Origin: an uncultured Chloroflexia bacterium | GTDB lineage: Bacteria; Chloroflexota; Dehalococcoidia; GIF9; UBA5629 | Direction: 5' to 3' | NCBI GenBank assembly: GCA_963705905.1 | Contig: OY970123.1 | Location: forward strand, 774,919 to 838,918 | Length of the DNA stretch: 64,000 nt | Shown: positions 9,807 to 19,565 of the stretch, one piece after another | How the letters are laid out: each line of letters starts with the position of its first letter | Position numbering within the stretch: position 1 is the stretch's first letter | The notes under the pieces: generated by a model | What the model was told of the DNA's origin: nothing | The model's input: the letters and a program-made list of their open reading frames with translations, nothing else | The model's database searches: none | Translations under genes and position numbers: made by a program

Positions 9807-10817
9807 CTAGGCCGTGTGAAAACGTTTTTGCGCCTGGCCCAACAGCTCTTCCGCCTGCTTGACCATCCCCTCCACCAACTCCTTGCAGCTTACTACATTA
9901 TGTATCAGGCCGATTGACTGACCCACCGGAAGTAACCCGGCCTGTATATCGCCCTCATCCCAGATTGCCGTCTGCCTCAGGCCCATGAGCAGCGGAGCAA
10001 TTTCCTCAAGCTTGGCATGCCTGGACTCCATTTCCAGGATATCCTTGATCACCACATTTTTCAGGGCCCGGCCCTGCAATTCGATTGTTTTGCCATACAG
10101 GACCGTATCGAATTCCTGACGGGCCACCAGTTCGTCCTTAACTTTAGCATTCATGCGGCATTCTTTGGTGGCCATAAACCTTGATGCCATCATAACCCCT
10201 TGGGCGCCCAGCATGAGAGCCGCTGCCAACCCCCTCCCATCGGCTATGCCTCCTGTAGTAATGACAGGTATTTTCACAGACTCAGACATGCGTGGCGTAA
10301 GCACCATAGTGGTTACATCGTCGTTGAGAGGATGTCCCCCTTCCTCCACACCAGCTGCGATCACTGCATCATAGCCGGCATGCTCAGCGTGTATGGCATG
10401 TCTCACTGAACCCACTTTATGTATAAGCTTAGTCCCCGCATCGTGAATACGTTTTATAGCGTCCGGGCCGAAGAACTTATCTACCGGAGCTCCCGAGATC
10501 TCGAATGCAGCTACCTTCTCGGCCAGGCAGGCGTCCAGCCAGCCGTTATACATCTCTTTGGTTATGCGGAAGGATGGCAACAAAGACAGGTTTACAGAAA
10601 AGGGCTTGTCGGTCATTTCCCGTGTTTTCCTGATCGCCTGGCGCAATTCTTCGCCCGAGTTGTAGTTGGCTGCCGTGATGTTGCCCAATGCTCCTGCATT
10701 ACAGACCGCAGCACACAAGTCCGGCTTGCATAACCACATCATACCACCGCACATAATGGGATATTTGATGCCAAACAATTCTGTCATTCGGGTTTTCATG
10801 GACAACCTCCTCGGCAA
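9807..10817 (-). CDS. NMO/FabK-like flavin oxidoreductase (copy 2)
   Basis: MKTRMTELFGIKYPIMCGGMMWLCKPDLCAAVCNAGALG is paralogous to the flanking copies. Confidence 0.8.
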   Translation of the reverse strand: MPRRLSMKTRMTELFGIKYPIMCGGMMWLCKPDLCAAVCNAGALGNITAANYNSGEELRQAIRKTREMTDKPFSVNLSLLPSFRITKEMYNGWLDACLAEKVAAFEISGAPVDKFFGPDAIKRIHDAGTKLIHKVGSVRHAIHAEHAGYDAVIAAGVEEGGHPLNDDVTTMVLTPRMSESVKIPVITTGGIADGRGLAAALMLGAQGVMMASRFMATKECRMNAKVKDELVARQEFDTVLYGKTIELQGRALKNVVIKDILEMESRHAKLEEIAPLLMGLRQTAIWDEGDIQAGLLPVGQSIGLIHNVVSCKELVEGMVKQAEELLGQAQKRFHTA

Positions 10818-10822
10818 ACAAT

Positions 10823-10882
10823 TTATAACATTTTGTGATATTATAACATGGTCATCTCATAAAACCAATGGAAATGTTATAA
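10823..10882. promoter_or_regulatory. candidate operator in the divergent NMO promoter region: TTATAACA x2 direct plus one inverted copy
   Basis: TTATAACA at 10823-10830 and 10841-10848, and TGTTATAA at 10875-10882. Confidence 0.3.
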
Positions 10883-10995
10883 AAAGAGTCAATTTCTCTG
10901 AACATCTGACTGCAGGGTTTTTCATTGACAATGAACTATGTTTTTGAGAACATTTATGATTCGACAAACCTTAAGAATAATGGAGGTCCCGCATC

Positions 10996-12024
10996 ATGAA
11001 AACTAGAATCACCGAACTCCTTGGAATTAAACATCCCGTCGTTCTTTCCGGAATGGCTTTTGTCAGCCTGCCTGAACTGGTGGCGGCAGTAAGCAACGCC
11101 GGAGGGCTGGGAATTTTCAACAGCGTGGCCAATACACCGGACCAGTTAAAAGGGATTATACAGCATATAAAATCGCTGACCGATAAACCATTTGCTATCA
11201 ATGCTACGCTCATATTCCCCAATGGTAAGGAAAATGCCGAAGTTGCCCTAGCCGAGAAGGCTCCCATTATCAACTTCGCCCTGGGCAAAGGAGATTGGAT
11301 TATCAAAGGAGCGCACGCCTACGGAGGAAAAGTTATATCGACCGTAGCTACGGAACGCCACGCCATCAGAGCTTCGGAACAGGGAGCTGACGCCCTGATC
11401 GTCACAGGTCATGAGGCCGCAGCGCACGGCAGCGACGTTGGCGGTTTGGTACTGCTTCCACAGATAGCCAGCAAAGTTCAGACTCCCATAATCGCAGCAG
11501 GCGGTTATTGCGACGGGCGCGGACTGGCGGCGGCTCTGGCACTGGGCGCCGACGCCATTGCCATGGGCACTCGCTTCGTGTTGACTCAGGAGTGTACGGT
11601 ACATCCCCATATCAAACAGGTCGCTTTGAAAACCACGATGGAAGAGACCATTTATTCGGCGGCGATCGACGGTCTGCCCGGCCGATACTATAGCAATAAA
11701 CGTGCTTTGGAACTGGCTAAAGGCAAGACATCCTATATTGAGGCCATGAGGGCAGGATGGGCATTGCGCAAGCAGGTAGACATCCCCATTTGGAAGCTGC
11801 TTTTCGGGAGCCTGCAGAAGAGGGGCATCACCGAACTGGCCCGGCAGGCTATCGGCATAGACGCGCTGGGCAAAGTATTGAATGACGGCGATCTCGATAA
11901 CGGCGTGGTACCTTTCGGACAGGTGGTCGGCCGTATTGAGAATCTGGCTACCTGCAGGGAAGTAATTGAAGGTATAGTTGCCGAAGCAGAGGCGGAAATC
12001 CGGTCACTGCAGACCAAGTTATAG
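10996..12024 (+). CDS. NMO/FabK-like flavin oxidoreductase (copy 3)
   Basis: MKTRITELLGIKHPVVLSGMAFVSLPELVAAVSNAGGLGIF, with RBS ggaggt. Confidence 0.8.
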   Translation: MKTRITELLGIKHPVVLSGMAFVSLPELVAAVSNAGGLGIFNSVANTPDQLKGIIQHIKSLTDKPFAINATLIFPNGKENAEVALAEKAPIINFALGKGDWIIKGAHAYGGKVISTVATERHAIRASEQGADALIVTGHEAAAHGSDVGGLVLLPQIASKVQTPIIAAGGYCDGRGLAAALALGADAIAMGTRFVLTQECTVHPHIKQVALKTTMEETIYSAAIDGLPGRYYSNKRALELAKGKTSYIEAMRAGWALRKQVDIPIWKLLFGSLQKRGITELARQAIGIDALGKVLNDGDLDNGVVPFGQVVGRIENLATCREVIEGIVAEAEAEIRSLQTKL

Positions 12025-12146
12025 TACGGCTTAGGTCCTGACAACTGCAGCTGGCCCCCGTTCGAACGCATTTCTCGAATGTGTTAATATTGTATTGAAC
12101 TGTAATACCGTAAAACTGCACGCATTTTATTAGCAAGGAGCTCACA

Positions 12147-14873
12147 ATGGTGACGGGTTTGGATGGCAAGAGCATTGAGAAGTATTCTGTTACAGTTGCA
12201 CTCAAAGACGGTTCAAGTTTAATCCTGCGCCCTATACAGTTGTCCGACGAGGAGAAACTGCTGGGCCTCTTTAATCGATTAAGCAAGCAGACCATGTACC
12301 TCCGCTTCCATCATGTTCTTAATAGCATTACACGTGAGGAGGCGCGCCGGTTCTGCACGGTAGACTATTTCAATACCTTTGCCCTGGTCGGCACCCTGGG
12401 CGAAGACGAAGATGAGAAGATCATCGCAGTAGGACACTTTGCACGGGAGCCCGGTGCTGAACGAGCTCAAATCGCCTTCGAAGTGGAAGATAAGTACCAG
12501 GGTCTGGGGATCGGTACGCATTTACTGGACCAGCTTGCCAACGTGGCCAGGGACAAGGGCATTACACACTTTGAGGCAGAGGTGCTGGCTGAGAATAGAG
12601 ACATGATGAATATTCTCATCAATAGCGGCTTCAAAATGCACCGCATGTACCAGGGAGCGACCTATGTAGGTATTCTTGATCTGGCGCCAACTGAATTGGT
12701 GGAGCAGAAATCTTTCGAGCGGGAGAGGGTATCTTCCATAGCATCGCTGCGCGCCTTTCTTAATCCCAAGTCGGTAGCTGTCATCGGGGCTTCCCGGCGG
12801 AGGAATACCATCGGCAATTTCGTTTTCCGAAATCTTATCCAGCAGGATTTTAAAGGTGTGGTATATCCCGTCAACCCCTTCGCTGATGTGATCGCAGCAG
12901 TCAAAGCTTATCCTTCTATTCTCGCCACCCCTGGAGACGTCGATCTTGCCATAATCTCGGTACCGCAGGAAAAGGTACAGCAGGTAGCGGAGGAATGTGC
13001 ACGCAAAGGCGTTAAGGGCATGATTGTTATGACTTCCGGATTTTCTGATGCGGGACCCGAAGGTTTCGAAAGTGAGAGCAAGCTTTTAAAGACCGTGCGC
13101 AGCTACGGAATTCGTATGCTGGGACCTAACTGCATGGGCATCATAAATACCAACCCCGAGATAAATCTCAACGCCACTTTCTCCAGTGTTTTTCCTCCCC
13201 ATGGCACCATTGCCTTTGCTACGGAAAGCGGTGTTTTGGGGTCAGCTATTCTTATGTATACTACGAACTTAAACATCGGCCTCTCCACATTTGTTAGTAT
13301 AGGCAACAGGTCCGACATATCGAGCAACGAACTACTGCAGTATTGGGAAGGGGACCCAGACACTAACGTCGTGCTTCTGTATCTGGAATCATTCGGCAAC
13401 CCCAGGAAGTTCACCAGGGTCGCCCGCAGCATTACTTCCAAAAAGCCCGTGGTAGCAGTTACGGGCAGCCGTATTGCACATCAGATCAGGGCAATTACTT
13501 CTCAGACCGGAGCTATGGCATCCGACCAGGCTGCCACAGATGCCCTTTTCAAACAGGCAGGCATTCTTCGAGTAAATACGCTTGAGGAATTATTCGACAC
13601 GGGCAGCCTGCTTGCCAGTCAACCCGTACCGGCCGGCAACCGGGTAGCAATCATTTCTAATGCCTTCGGACCCGCCCTGCTAACAGCCGATGCTTGCAAG
13701 ATAAAGGGCCTGGATGTGACCAGTCTTTCTGAAAATACTCTGACACAGTTGACCACCATCCTTTCTCCCAGGGCTACTATTTCCAACCCCATTGATACAT
13801 CGCCTGACTATACTATCGACCAGTACCGCCAGTCGTTGAGGCTGCTTCTGGATGATGAAAATGTAGATATAGTAATCGCTATTTTTATACCGCCCATACT
13901 TGAGCTTTCCGACGAATTTGCCTCGGTTATCCGCGAAATCGCCCCTCTTTACCGTACGTTCGGCAAGCCTCTGATAACTTCCTTCCTGGGTTTGAAGGGA
14001 GACAGGGTTGAGTTAGGCTCCAGGGAAAAAGGATACGTACCCTCGTTTGCCTTCCCCGAGGCAACGGCCGGCGCACTTTCCCGGGCGCTCGAATTCAGTC
14101 AGCGGCTTAAAAAACCGGTGGGCAAGATTCCCGATTTACCGGATATCGATAAAGAGCGGGCGGACAACTTAATTAAGTCTGCAATCGAAAAATCGGAGGA
14201 CACCCAGGTGTGGCTCAATGCCGAGGAAATAACCGGCCTTCTGGAATGCTACGGAATAAGCGTGGTCCCCCTGAAGCTGGCCAGAACACCATCGGAAGCC
14301 GTTCAGGCTGCCGAAGAAATAGGCTGTCCGGTAGCGGTCAGGGTGCTTTCCTCTGCTGTCTCGCCAAAGATAGAACTGGAAGGCGTCATCCTCGATTGCC
14401 GGGCTCAAAATGAGGTAGAGAACGCTTTCAACCGTATCAGCGATAATATGCAGAACATAGGCAAGAAGGACCAGATGGACGGTGTGATCATACAGAAAAT
14501 GGTGCAGGGCGGCATAGAGGTTATCGTAGGCGTTACTCAACACCCTGCTTTCGGCCCCCTTATCATGTTCGGCCTGGGTGGCATTTATACTGAACTGCTT
14601 AAGGACGTAACCTTTTACCTCAACCCGCTCACCGATATCGACGCGCACGAGATGGTCAGAGCAGTGAAAGCCTACCAGATGCTGGAAGGCTGGAAAGGTT
14701 CGACACGTGCCGATATTGAAGCCATCGAGGAACTGCTTCTGCGTGTTTCAACTATGATCGTAAACCATCCCCAGATAGTGGAGATGGACCTCAACCCCGT
14801 CAAGGTACTGCCGGAAGGTAACGGGTATCAGGTTATCGACAGCCGTATCCTGGTGAGCACCTATATTGAATAA
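12147..14873 (+). CDS. GNAT N-acetyltransferase fused to ADP-forming acyl-CoA synthetase (alpha + ATP-grasp beta domains); reversed-order Pat-like architecture
   Basis: The first ~180 residues are a GNAT domain (QGLGIGTHLLDQL...). They are followed by CoA-binding, CoA-ligase and ATP-grasp domains (VAVRVLSSAVSPKIELEGVILD). AAGGAG RBS. Confidence 0.8.
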   Translation: MVTGLDGKSIEKYSVTVALKDGSSLILRPIQLSDEEKLLGLFNRLSKQTMYLRFHHVLNSITREEARRFCTVDYFNTFALVGTLGEDEDEKIIAVGHFAREPGAERAQIAFEVEDKYQGLGIGTHLLDQLANVARDKGITHFEAEVLAENRDMMNILINSGFKMHRMYQGATYVGILDLAPTELVEQKSFERERVSSIASLRAFLNPKSVAVIGASRRRNTIGNFVFRNLIQQDFKGVVYPVNPFADVIAAVKAYPSILATPGDVDLAIISVPQEKVQQVAEECARKGVKGMIVMTSGFSDAGPEGFESESKLLKTVRSYGIRMLGPNCMGIINTNPEINLNATFSSVFPPHGTIAFATESGVLGSAILMYTTNLNIGLSTFVSIGNRSDISSNELLQYWEGDPDTNVVLLYLESFGNPRKFTRVARSITSKKPVVAVTGSRIAHQIRAITSQTGAMASDQAATDALFKQAGILRVNTLEELFDTGSLLASQPVPAGNRVAIISNAFGPALLTADACKIKGLDVTSLSENTLTQLTTILSPRATISNPIDTSPDYTIDQYRQSLRLLLDDENVDIVIAIFIPPILELSDEFASVIREIAPLYRTFGKPLITSFLGLKGDRVELGSREKGYVPSFAFPEATAGALSRALEFSQRLKKPVGKIPDLPDIDKERADNLIKSAIEKSEDTQVWLNAEEITGLLECYGISVVPLKLARTPSEAVQAAEEIGCPVAVRVLSSAVSPKIELEGVILDCRAQNEVENAFNRISDNMQNIGKKDQMDGVIIQKMVQGGIEVIVGVTQHPAFGPLIMFGLGGIYTELLKDVTFYLNPLTDIDAHEMVRAVKAYQMLEGWKGSTRADIEAIEELLLRVSTMIVNHPQIVEMDLNPVKVLPEGNGYQVIDSRILVSTYIE

Positions 14874-14875
14874 TA

Positions 14876-15541
14876 TCAATACGTAGATACGTTCAGTTCT
14901 TCCATCTTACCGGTAACCATAAAGACAACCCGCTCACAAATATTGGTTACCCTGTCCCCGGTCCGCTCCAAGTTGTGGGCCACCCACATCAGCCTGGTGG
15001 CACGGGTTATGCTGCGAGGATCTTCCATCATAAATGTCAGTAATTCGCGAAATACCTGGTCGTATAAATTGTCTATTTCGTCATCTTCGCCAACAATTTT
15101 CCGGGCGCTTTCGGCATCATGATTAATAAAGGCATCCAAACTCCGGTGAAGCATGTTTATTGTCTTTTCATTCATGCGCGGCAGATCAATTAACGGCTTC
15201 AAGGGAGGCTCATTACCTACCATTATGGCTATCTTGGCATTGCCAGCCGCATGGTCGGCCATTCGTTCGAGATCGGTAACAATTGAAAGCGTGGCCAGCA
15301 ATATCCTTAAATCGCTGGCCATGGGGGCCTGGGTTGCGATTAAATCCAGTGCTTTTTCTTCTATTTCGAAACGTTTTTTATCTACATTTACATCATCGGC
15401 CACAACTTCTCGGGCCAACTCCAGGTCGCGGTTTCTTAAGGCCTGCATAGACCGGTCAAGGGCTTTTTCCACCATACTGCCCATAACCAAGACTTCATCC
15501 TGTATTTCACGTAGATTTCTCTGGTATGTTTCCCTTGCCAT
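14876..15541 (-). CDS. phoU: phosphate transport regulator PhoU
   Basis: 221 aa, MARETYQRNLREIQDEVLVMGSMVEKAL..., two PhoU repeats, lying downstream of pstB. Confidence 0.85.
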   Translation of the reverse strand: MARETYQRNLREIQDEVLVMGSMVEKALDRSMQALRNRDLELAREVVADDVNVDKKRFEIEEKALDLIATQAPMASDLRILLATLSIVTDLERMADHAAGNAKIAIMVGNEPPLKPLIDLPRMNEKTINMLHRSLDAFINHDAESARKIVGEDDEIDNLYDQVFRELLTFMMEDPRSITRATRLMWVAHNLERTGDRVTNICERVVFMVTGKMEELNVSTY

Positions 15542-15551
15542 ATCAACCTCC

Positions 15552-16385
15552 TTATCCGAAGCGCCCCGTTATATAGTCCTCCGTCCTCTTATCATGCGGT
15601 ACGCTGAAAAGCTCCTTGGTAGGCGCAAATTCTATCAACTCTCCCAGCAAAAGGAAACCCGTGCAGTCCGAAACACGGGCTGCTTGTTGCATGTTATGCG
15701 TCACAATGACAACCGTATAGTCTTTCTTAATCTCCAACATGAGTTCCTCGATTTTTAAGGTCGAGATGGGATCAAGGGCAGAGCAGGGTTCATCAAGCAA
15801 TAGTATTTCCGGTTCAATGGCGATAGCGCGTGCAATGCAAAGACGCTGCTGTTGACCGCCAGACAGGGAAGCGCCGGAACGATTAAGCTTGTCTTTCACT
15901 TCCTCCCACAGGGCCGCCTTCTTCAGGCTGTGTTCAACCAGGTCTTGCATCTCGCCTTTTCTATACCATAGCCGCGTCAGGTTCATGCCAGAAGCCACAT
16001 TATCGAAAATCGACATGGTCGGGAAGGCTGTGGGTTTCTGGAAGACCATGCCTATGCGGCGCCTCACGGAAACCGGGTCAACATCCCCTCCATATATATC
16101 TTTGCCGTCCAGTAAAACCTGTCCCGAGACCCTCCCCCCGTCGGATACTTCGTGCATCCTGTTCATGCAGCGGATCAACGTGGACTTACCACATCCGGAC
16201 GGACCAATAAGGGCGGTAATAGCCTGCGCCTTGATCTTCATATTTATATCATTAACGGCTTTCATCTTGCCATACCAGGCGTTGAGCTTCACCACCTCCA
16301 GCATGTATTTGGTCTTGTCTACAACCTGTGTGGGCATTTCCGGTACGACCTGGCCGGCAGTATTATTCGTCACTTCATAGAGCAT
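15552..16385 (-). CDS. pstB: phosphate ABC transporter ATP-binding protein PstB
   Basis: Walker [19 protein letters not shown] signature, and characteristic PstB N-terminus. Confidence 0.9.
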   Translation of the reverse strand: MLYEVTNNTAGQVVPEMPTQVVDKTKYMLEVVKLNAWYGKMKAVNDINMKIKAQAITALIGPSGCGKSTLIRCMNRMHEVSDGGRVSGQVLLDGKDIYGGDVDPVSVRRRIGMVFQKPTAFPTMSIFDNVASGMNLTRLWYRKGEMQDLVEHSLKKAALWEEVKDKLNRSGASLSGGQQQRLCIARAIAIEPEILLLDEPCSALDPISTLKIEELMLEIKKDYTVVIVTHNMQQAARVSDCTGFLLLGELIEFAPTKELFSVPHDKRTEDYITGRFG

Positions 16386-16420
16386 AAGATTTCACGTTTC
16401 CTCTAATTCATTCCTTGCAA

Positions 16421-17263
16421 TTACATAGATTTACGTCTGCTGACCGAGCGGACTACTATATTTATGCCCAGTACCATAATCATAAGCAAAAACGCAGCCG
16501 CCCAGGCCTGCTGCTGCCAATCGGGATATGGCGACAATGCATAACGGTATATTTGCAAAGGCAGTGCCCCTATCGGCTGGTTCAGTCCCTGCACACCAAA
16601 GGCGCTACCCAACGCTGTAAAGATTAACGGAGCGGTTTCACCGGCTATACGCGCAACCGCCAGCATGACACCTGTAATGATACCGGTAAGGGCACCCGGC
16701 ACAACCACCCCCAGTACCGCTCTCCAGCGGTTTATGCCTAGCGCCAGCGCGGCTTCCCGCAACGAATTAGGCACCAGCCGCATCGCCTCTTCGGCCGTAC
16801 GGGCAACTACAGGGATCATTATTATTGCCAAGGCCACTCCCGCAGATAGTGCCGAGTAGCTGTGCATAGGACGTACCAGCAAGGCATAGGCAAACACGCC
16901 CACCACTATGGAAGGAACCCCGGCCAAGATATCAGCTATGAACCGGACTACGTACGCCACAGCCGGTGAGCCGAATTCGGCCAAATATATACCGGCCATC
17001 AGGCCAATCGGCAAGGCAATGATAGAAGCCAAACCAACTAGGATGAAGGTGCCGTAGATTTCATCCCGCATGCCTCCGCCGATCTCGCCCACCGGTTTGG
17101 AGGCATGGGTCAGGAAATCTATATTAAGGTAGCTGATGCCGTTGGCTATGGTATAACCGACGATCAGGGCGAGTATTAATATGCAGATGCCTGCTGCGCA
17201 CCCGCACAATATCAACATTATGTTGTTGGTCCATTTACGCCGTATTTGGCCGCCTTCAGACAT
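16421..17263 (-). CDS. pstA: phosphate ABC transporter permease PstA
   Basis: 6-TM permease with an EAA-like loop, positioned between pstC and pstB. Confidence 0.85.
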   Translation of the reverse strand: MSEGGQIRRKWTNNIMLILCGCAAGICILILALIVGYTIANGISYLNIDFLTHASKPVGEIGGGMRDEIYGTFILVGLASIIALPIGLMAGIYLAEFGSPAVAYVVRFIADILAGVPSIVVGVFAYALLVRPMHSYSALSAGVALAIIMIPVVARTAEEAMRLVPNSLREAALALGINRWRAVLGVVVPGALTGIITGVMLAVARIAGETAPLIFTALGSAFGVQGLNQPIGALPLQIYRYALSPYPDWQQQAWAAAFLLMIMVLGINIVVRSVSRRKSM

Positions 17264-17267
17264 GGAC

Positions 17268-18245
17268 CTATTCTCCCGTAGCCTTAACCGATATCATGCG
17301 CCATACCATCAGCCTGGCTATAATGTTTACCAGCAGTGTAATGCCAAAAAGCACCAAGGCCAGCTCCACCAGGCTGCCGATATAAAGATCACCCGAAGCC
17401 TCGCTGAACTCGCTGGCAATTTTGCTGGCTATGGTAACGCCCGGGGAAAACAGCGAGGCAGTCAATGAATACGAATTGCCGATGACCATGGTAACCGCCA
17501 TCGTCTCACCCAGAGCGCGGCCCAAGCCCAGAATTATTGCACCTACCAATCCGGAGCGGCAATAGGGCAAGACCGTCCCGTAGATAGCCTCCCAGCGTGT
17601 GGCCCCCAGTGCATACATGGCCTCCCTCTGAGTAACTGGGACAGCGCGCATTACGTCGCGGCTGACGGCCGTGATAATGGGTATGACCATTACCGTCAGT
17701 ATGATACCGGCCGCCAGAAAGCCCAGGCCAAAGGGCGGCCCTTGAAACAGTGGAAGAAAGCCCATGTGGCTTCCCAGCCAGCCTTCGATGGGGCTCCTGA
17801 TGAAGGGCACTAAAACGAAAAGCCCCCATAAACCGATAATCACGCTGGGGATTGCAGCCAGCATTTCAATGAGAAAAGAGGCAGGCTCTCTTATCCAGGC
17901 CGGCGCCAGTTCCGATAAAAACACCGCTGAACCGAAACTGATGGGAATTGCAATGATAAGTGCGATAATCGAACTTAGCAGCGTCCCGTAAATGGCCGGA
18001 AGCGCACCGAACAGCTCCTGCACAGGATCCCAATCCATGCTGGTAAGGAAGGACGCCCCGAACCTCTGGATGGCCGGCATGGCATCTATATTGAGGACGA
18101 TCAGCAGCGCAATAAGGATTACAACTATGAGCAGGGCAAAAACAAGGGTCAGGTACAGAAAAATATTATCACCCAACCGTCCGCTGCGGCTGCTCCAGTT
18201 TTTCGCCGCTACCGATGATGTAGTCACCGAGTCACTGTATTTCAT
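17268..18245 (-). CDS. pstC: phosphate ABC transporter permease PstC
   Basis: ABC permease in pst operon order. Confidence 0.85.
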   Translation of the reverse strand: MKYSDSVTTSSVAAKNWSSRSGRLGDNIFLYLTLVFALLIVVILIALLIVLNIDAMPAIQRFGASFLTSMDWDPVQELFGALPAIYGTLLSSIIALIIAIPISFGSAVFLSELAPAWIREPASFLIEMLAAIPSVIIGLWGLFVLVPFIRSPIEGWLGSHMGFLPLFQGPPFGLGFLAAGIILTVMVIPIITAVSRDVMRAVPVTQREAMYALGATRWEAIYGTVLPYCRSGLVGAIILGLGRALGETMAVTMVIGNSYSLTASLFSPGVTIASKIASEFSEASGDLYIGSLVELALVLFGITLLVNIIARLMVWRMISVKATGE

Positions 18246-18339
18246 TTAGTACCCAGTTTTTTTATTATAGCTCAGATAAACGGGAGATGCGGGAGAAGTA
18301 AATTCCCCTGCATCCCCCGGTTGATTTAGTCTCCTGACC

Positions 18340-19449
18340 TTACCGAGATATCAGGGGTTGACCCTGATATTGGATCGAAAGTATCTCATTTTCAGCCTTG
18401 GTAACGGCATCGGGCGCCAGACTGGCATAGGTAAGCGCCTGGTTGTACTGCTGGCCGTCGTGAATTGCCCACCAGAGCATGTTGACCAGCGCCTGACCCT
18501 TGGCTTTATCCGTTTGGTTCTGATAGGCCAGTATCCAGGTAAAACCTACGATGGGGTAAGCGTCCGGATTGTTTGAATTGGTCAGCATCACTTTCATATC
18601 GTCAGGCAAGGTGACGCCTACAGCAGCGGCTGTTGTTGCCGCCAGAGAAGGCTCAATGTAATTGCCTGCCGCATTCTTCATCTTAGCCCATGGTATTTTA
18701 TTTTGGATCGCATAGGCAAGCTCCACATAACCGATGGCGCCCGGCACCTGTTGCACCTGTCCGGCAACACCCGCACTGCCCTGCCCACCTATATCACCTG
18801 GCCATTTCACGGCTGTTGCATTGCCTATCTGGCTGCTCCAGGCCGGGCTAACCTTGGAAAGATAGTTTGTGAAGATATAAGTGGTGCCTGAACCGTCGGA
18901 GCGGTGTACCACCGCAATGGCCGTTGCCGGCAATTGGAGATCCGGGTTGAGGGCCGCAATGGCCGGGTCGTTCCATTTTGTAATTTTCTTCAGGTAGATA
19001 TTGGCCAGGACATCTCCGGTCAGCTTCAATTGGCCAGAGCCGATCCCTGCCAGGTTATAGCATATGGCAACTGCACCGCTGGTCATGGGTATATGAAGTA
19101 TATGCCCGTGTTTGGCTTCCGCTGTTGCTGTCTGGTTGTCGGTCATAATCCCATCGCTGGCGCCGAAATCGACGGTCCCCTCTGTGATCTGGCTAATTCC
19201 GCCTCCTGAGCCGATAGGCTGGTAATTGATTTTAACCCCTGTCAATTTATTGTACTCATCAAACCATTTGCTGTATAACGGCGCAGGGAAAGTTGCGCCG
19301 GCCCCTGTAAGGTTGACTGACTGGGCGGGGGCCGAAGGCTGAGGTGAGGACGGCCCTGTAGAAGGGGCAGCCGGACCGCAGCTTATCAGGACGGCCGCAG
19401 CCAGCACAAGCGCTACAAGGACAACGAACCTTTTTTTGATGCTATGCAA
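18340..19449 (-). CDS. pstS: phosphate-binding lipoprotein PstS
   Basis: Signal peptide plus Cys, and a TGAGATFPAPLYSKWFDEY PstS signature. Confidence 0.9.
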   Translation of the reverse strand: MHSIKKRFVVLVALVLAAAVLISCGPAAPSTGPSSPQPSAPAQSVNLTGAGATFPAPLYSKWFDEYNKLTGVKINYQPIGSGGGISQITEGTVDFGASDGIMTDNQTATAEAKHGHILHIPMTSGAVAICYNLAGIGSGQLKLTGDVLANIYLKKITKWNDPAIAALNPDLQLPATAIAVVHRSDGSGTTYIFTNYLSKVSPAWSSQIGNATAVKWPGDIGGQGSAGVAGQVQQVPGAIGYVELAYAIQNKIPWAKMKNAAGNYIEPSLAATTAAAVGVTLPDDMKVMLTNSNNPDAYPIVGFTWILAYQNQTDKAKGQALVNMLWWAIHDGQQYNQALTYASLAPDAVTKAENEILSIQYQGQPLISR

Positions 19450-19524
19450 ATTTGTTATCTCCTTAACGTATTATTTTCTTTCTGTCATCCAATGATAAGT
19501 TTAAGACATGGAGATAAAGGACAG

Positions 19525-19552
19525 GTTAAACTAATGTTAAATTTCGGTTAAA
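19525..19552 (-). promoter_or_regulatory. candidate Pho box: three direct TTAAC(C/A) hexamers on an 11-bp period upstream of pstS
   Basis: On the pstS strand the region reads TTAACC-gaaat-TTAACA-ttagt-TTAACC. It lies about 75-105 bp upstream of the pstS start, and a phoR/phoB-like pair sits immediately upstream. Confidence 0.45.
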
Positions 19553-19565
19553 ATTCCCACGACCC

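Noticed and set aside
12279-12521. 80-aa minus-strand ORF
   Set aside because: Inside and antisense to the GNAT domain of the 908-aa fusion gene.
15153-15758. 201-aa plus-strand ORF spanning the phoU/pstB junction
   Set aside because: Antisense to two confidently identified genes.
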